Assembly: GCA_032161105.1 (NCBI GenBank)
Contig: JAVHTD010000008.1
Strand: one strand, 5' to 3'
Source: Candidatus Thermosaccharophagus tengchongensis
GTDB taxonomy: Bacteria > Armatimonadota > Fervidibacteria > Fervidibacterales > Thermosaccharophagaceae
DNA: 64,000 bases
Made by a program: the position numbers and the translations under genes. The notes beneath the pieces were generated by a model. It saw only the letters and a list, made by a program, of their open reading frames with translations. It did no database searches and was not told where the DNA came from. Below, piece after piece: positions 59,890-64,000 of this stretch (position 1 is its first letter; each line of letters opens with the position of its first letter).

Positions 59890-61260
59890 TCACTCAATGC
59901 TCGCTGAGGACATCTCGTATTTTCCCTGCACACCCTTTATGAACCTCGTTGGGGCTCGCCTGAATATGCTTCCAAAGTGTGAGGAAAGGCGCTGTGCCTC
60001 CTCGGGATGCTCATCAATCAAGTTGTGCGTCTCCTTCGGGTCTTCAACGAGATTGTAAAGTTCATCTGGTTGACCTTGCGGTCTTTGGACGAAACTCCAA
60101 ACTTCGTCTCTTATGCACCGATCAACGCCCTCATGGTAGCCGCATATTACAGCCTTTCGGTGCTCGTCTGTCTCGCCCCTGAGGACTGGCACGAAGCTTT
60201 TTCCGTGCACAGCAATGTTGTTATTTCCGAAGCCGAGCAACTCAAGTATCGTTGGCATTACATCCGGGAACTGGATAAGAGCCTTCGTTCGTCTGCCACC
60301 ATTCTCACCGCCCGGAAGGCGCACGAGGAATGGCACCTTCAGGAGTTCGCTGTGCATCCTATCGGTGCCCTTCAAAAACTTTCCGTGATCGGCAAGCGGA
60401 TGACCGTGATCGGCAGTCAATATGATGAGCGAGTCATCAAAGTAGCCCAAGTCCTTCATTGCTTCAAACAACGGCTTAAGACAATGATCAACGAATGTCA
60501 CCTCGCCAGCATATAACCCTCGTATAAACCTTATCTGCTCCTCACTTGCCCACTCCTTTGCCCAACCACCCATCGGGAGGATAAGCCTTGGTCCTTTGTA
60601 GCTTGGGTCGGTGTAAGTGTCAAAGCGCTTTGGTGGATCCCAAGGTTCGTGTGGCTCAAATGAATCAATCCAAAGGAAGATGTGCCTGTGAACTCTATTC
60701 CGCTTAAGCCAATCTATGGCTCTGTCAACAACCTTCGCCACAAACCAATCGCTCTCGTCCCTAAAATCATCGGTGTTAGCCAAGAACTGTGCCACCCTCG
60801 CACGCCACTCTGGAGTGTAGTTTTCGTTGACATAGTCATCCACACTTCTTCTCGGCGGTGACGAAAACCAAGGGTCATACTCCTGCCCGCGGATCCATTC
60901 GTATGAATTGAAGCCGCGATGGTAATTCATGTTCGGCGCACGAAAATGGTATGTGTCGCTAATGAGACCGCACACATACCCCTCCTTGCGGAGTATCTCA
61001 GCGAGGGTAATGTCATAAGGTGTCAGAGGCATCCAGCCACGAAATGGCAGTGAGAAGTGCCCCGTCATGAGTTCGTATCGCACAGGCATTGTTGGCAAGC
61101 CACTTGGATATGCATTTTCAAAGATGATGCACTCGCTTGCGAACTCATCAATGTTGGGCGTCTTGCAAGCAGGCACATCGTCAAAGATTGGTTGTCCACG
61201 GTTGTAGATGCTAACATGATCTTGGCGCAGACTGTCAAGCATGATGAAGATCAAGTTCAT
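59890..61260 (-). CDS. Sulfatase-like hydrolase (alkaline phosphatase superfamily)
   Basis: IMLDSLRQD, TPNID, PTMPVR, PHEPWDPP, TADHG, ELYNL-DPKET-NL. Confidence 0.88.
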   Translation of the reverse strand: MNLIFIMLDSLRQDHVSIYNRGQPIFDDVPACKTPNIDEFASECIIFENAYPSGLPTMPVRYELMTGHFSLPFRGWMPLTPYDITLAEILRKEGYVCGLISDTYHFRAPNMNYHRGFNSYEWIRGQEYDPWFSSPPRRSVDDYVNENYTPEWRARVAQFLANTDDFRDESDWFVAKVVDRAIDWLKRNRVHRHIFLWIDSFEPHEPWDPPKRFDTYTDPSYKGPRLILPMGGWAKEWASEEQIRFIRGLYAGEVTFVDHCLKPLFEAMKDLGYFDDSLIILTADHGHPLADHGKFLKGTDRMHSELLKVPFLVRLPGGENGGRRTKALIQFPDVMPTILELLGFGNNNIAVHGKSFVPVLRGETDEHRKAVICGYHEGVDRCIRDEVWSFVQRPQGQPDELYNLVEDPKETHNLIDEHPEEAQRLSSHFGSIFRRAPTRFIKGVQGKYEMSSASIE

Positions 61261-64000
61261 CCTCACCACCTCCGGACTTTTTTATACGCCGACGGACGGC
61301 ATCTTCTTCACTCATTTGCGCCATTGCTTCATCCCTCAACTTGAGCACGGCAGCTTGGATATCGGCAGCCAACTTCCTGTAAGCTTCATGACGACTCATC
61401 TTGCCATCATCAATCAACCGCTTGTATGGCTCTGGGTCAATTGGGGCGCCTATGTGAACCGTTATCTTATGCCGTGATGGTATTCGCCTGTGCCTTGAGA
61501 GCGCTTGGAATGTCCCATGTATGAATGCCGGAACTACAGGGGCACCGGATTCAATCGCGAGCAAGCCCACACCCGGCTTGAACTGTTGCATTTCGCCTGT
61601 GGGTGAGCGTGTGCCCTCCGGAAAGACGAGAAGGGTATAGCCACGCTTAAGCGCATCAATCGCAAGTTGTAGACCCTCGGTGAAGCGAACATGCCTGTCA
61701 AATGGGATGACGCTGAGGAATGTGTGAAATAGCCACCCACGAACCTTTGAGTTGAAGAAGTAATCCTTTGCGCCGAGTATGCGCAGCATGCTTGCATGTT
61801 TTCCGCACGCCAGCAGTATTGCGCATGTGTCAAGGTGGCTGCAATGGTTTGCAGCGATGATGAAACCATCACCCTCCGGCAAGTTCTCTGCTCCGTGAAC
61901 TTCAAACCCGAAATAGGTTTTAAAAGCGAGGTGCATTAGCAGCCTCATTAACCACCTGCACATTCGTTTAAAGACACCGGCTTTTAGCCACCTGTTTGTC
62001 TCCGCAGTTGGCAGCCTTTTGGATTGCAGGACCTTTAAATGCTTTGCATCCATTTCGGCATGGGCATCCTTTGCGCTGGTGATTCGTCTCGCCACAGCAT
62101 CAATCACATCTTGCACGGTGTGCAGTGCCGGAAGAAGAGCCTCAGGGAATGTCGTCTTCAACCTCACTTCAAGTTCAACAAGCAGCTCAAGCCGCATGAG
62201 CGAATCAAGTCCGAGGTCAAATTCAAGATGATGCGTTGGTGAGATCTTGTCGCTCGGTTTATTTGCGACCAGCGCTATGGCATCTATGACGAGCCCCTTC
62301 AATCGCCCATCAACTTCACGGACGCGCGTTGTGGGCAGCTCCAATGGCTTTGATGTCCCTATGAGCAACCCCTTGACAGCAGCCCTGTCAATTCCCAAAG
62401 CGGGCGTCCTCGGCAGCTCGCATGTCAGTATGTGGACTCGTTGAATTCGCTGGTAGGATGGGAGGCGTGAGGAGATTTCCCGTATAGCTGCATGAAGGCG
62501 CTTTGTGAAAAGCTCCAAGCCCTCCTTATCGTTCCATAGGTTCTCATCCGGCACAATGACAGCGTGAATTGCCTCACCCATCGTCTCCTCATCCCATACC
62601 CCGACGACGCACATCTCTTTGACCTCTGGGAGGTTGCCGTATAGGGCTTCAATCTCTTCAGGGTAGACATTTTTCCCCGCCGCAGTGACTATCACATCTT
62701 TCATCCTTCCGCAGATGTATAGGTAGCCGTGTGGATCAATGTAGCCAAGGTCGCCCGTGTGGAGCCACCCATCTTTTATGACCTGCGATGTCGCCGCTTC
62801 GTCATTGAAGTAGCCGAGCATGACATTGCTCCCTTTGACGAGTATCTCACCGATGCCCCTCTCATCTGGCTGTGCGATCCTCACTTGCACTCCCGGCAGT
62901 GGCAATCCCACTGAGCCCCTCTTTTGGCGTTCAATGGGATTCACAGTTACCACTGGTGACGCCTCTGTAAGTCCATACCCCTCGCAGACAACGAAGCCAA
63001 GCGCTGTCAAATCATCAAACACGCTGATCGGGAGTGGAGCACCGCCGCTTATGAGAGCTCTGACCTTGCCGCCAAAGGCTTCGTGCACAAATGGAAAAAG
63101 CACCCTACCAATCCTCAGGTTAGTTGCTCTGTAGAGCAGCTTGCTGATCTTAAGCATTGCTCTGAAGAGCGCCCATTTGAACTTCCCACTCCTTCTAACC
63201 TCGGAGAAGATGGCGTCACGCAATATCTGCAAAGCCCTTGGGACTGCTATTATGCAAGTGGCGCCGACTTGGCGCATCGTTTCAATTACCGCTTTTGAGC
63301 GCTGCGTCGTCAGGTAGGTTATCGTGGCGCATGAATACAAAGGCACAAGAAAGCCGCCGGTGAACTCAAGTGCGTGATTGAGCGGAAGTATTGAAACGAA
63401 GTGGTCATTCTCGTTTGGCTTTAGCATGCGAGATATCGCCAGGACATTTGAGATCAAGTTGTGGTGCGAAAGCATAACTCCCTTAGGTTCGCTCCCGGCT
63501 CCCGAGATCACAATGATTGATGCGATGTCGCTTGGGGCGATCTCCCTCTCATACTCTTCAGTATCAATTGGCTCCGGATGGATCTGGTCTTGTTCTCCAT
63601 ACGGCAGGCACATGTTGTTTATGTCAAGCACTATCGGCGTCGGCTGCATCCTCTCCATCGCGCATTCCCAGATTGCCTTTGCGCATGTAGTTGAAGCCAA
63701 TATTGCAACAGCCCCAGACCACTTTGCGACCCTCAAAACATACTCTGGCGGGAGTTGCCTATCAACATGCACAACCGCAGCTCCAAGGCTTGACGCAGCC
63801 ATGTAAGAGATGCCCCATTCTGGCTGATTCTCGGAGTAGAGCAGAACTTTTGAGCCGTGACCAACACCGTTCTTGAGCAATGAAGCCGCCATAGTTCGGC
63901 GTAAGCGCTCAATATCGCTGTAAGTGTATCTGACCCAAATTCCATCCCGCTTTATTTGCATGGCGACCTTTTCTGGGGAAAGCGATGCAGCCCGTGCAAC
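61235..64000 (-). CDS. Multidomain acyl-CoA synthetase + acyl carrier + PlsC-type acyltransferase; 5' end lies beyond the window
   Basis: EGYGLTE, TGDLG, GKNVYPEEIE; LGLDSL carrier Ser; NHCSHLD and FPEGTRS. The frame stays open to 64000 (VARAASLSPEKVAMQ...). Confidence 0.9.
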   Translation of the reverse strand, partial: VARAASLSPEKVAMQIKRDGIWVRYTYSDIERLRRTMAASLLKNGVGHGSKVLLYSENQPEWGISYMAASSLGAAVVHVDRQLPPEYVLRVAKWSGAVAILASTTCAKAIWECAMERMQPTPIVLDINNMCLPYGEQDQIHPEPIDTEEYEREIAPSDIASIIVISGAGSEPKGVMLSHHNLISNVLAISRMLKPNENDHFVSILPLNHALEFTGGFLVPLYSCATITYLTTQRSKAVIETMRQVGATCIIAVPRALQILRDAIFSEVRRSGKFKWALFRAMLKISKLLYRATNLRIGRVLFPFVHEAFGGKVRALISGGAPLPISVFDDLTALGFVVCEGYGLTEASPVVTVNPIERQKRGSVGLPLPGVQVRIAQPDERGIGEILVKGSNVMLGYFNDEAATSQVIKDGWLHTGDLGYIDPHGYLYICGRMKDVIVTAAGKNVYPEEIEALYGNLPEVKEMCVVGVWDEETMGEAIHAVIVPDENLWNDKEGLELFTKRLHAAIREISSRLPSYQRIQRVHILTCELPRTPALGIDRAAVKGLLIGTSKPLELPTTRVREVDGRLKGLVIDAIALVANKPSDKISPTHHLEFDLGLDSLMRLELLVELEVRLKTTFPEALLPALHTVQDVIDAVARRITSAKDAHAEMDAKHLKVLQSKRLPTAETNRWLKAGVFKRMCRWLMRLLMHLAFKTYFGFEVHGAENLPEGDGFIIAANHCSHLDTCAILLACGKHASMLRILGAKDYFFNSKVRGWLFHTFLSVIPFDRHVRFTEGLQLAIDALKRGYTLLVFPEGTRSPTGEMQQFKPGVGLLAIESGAPVVPAFIHGTFQALSRHRRIPSRHKITVHIGAPIDPEPYKRLIDDGKMSRHEAYRKLAADIQAAVLKLRDEAMAQMSEEDAVRRRIKKSGGGEDELDLHHA

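Overview
This is a gene-dense chromosomal window of about 51 CDS from a bacterium. The DUF1559/H-X9-DG prepilin-like gene, outer-membrane barrels, many sugar-processing genes, strong GGAGGTGA-type ribosome-binding sites and archaeal-like genes suggest a thermophilic diderm such as Armatimonadota (inference only). I found no rRNA, tRNA, CRISPR array, IS element or prophage. Content includes carbohydrate genes (GH29 fragment, GH5, two ROK kinases, cupin PGI, rhamnulokinase, a large CBM-containing putative glycosidase), envelope and lipid genes, housekeeping genes (rph, aroQ, pepP, purS, purQ, xerC) and an NAD-linked formate dehydrogenase cluster. Most notable: (1) a P1B metal ATPase fused in frame to an HflK SPFH domain, followed by hflC, a Tat lipoprotein and a metal-type binding protein; (2) an FDH operon with two NuoF/HydB paralogues that have complementary cofactor losses; (3) a structured leader with tandem terminators upstream of an ABC transporter/DUF1854 pair; (4) a circularly permuted duplicate carbohydrate-binding module; (5) a translin/Trax homologue coupled to DUF72; (6) a sulfatase-fold protein with Thr at the nucleophile position; (7) a multidomain acyl-ligase/ACP/acyltransferase. 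All calls come from motif recognition by eye; no database searches were run.
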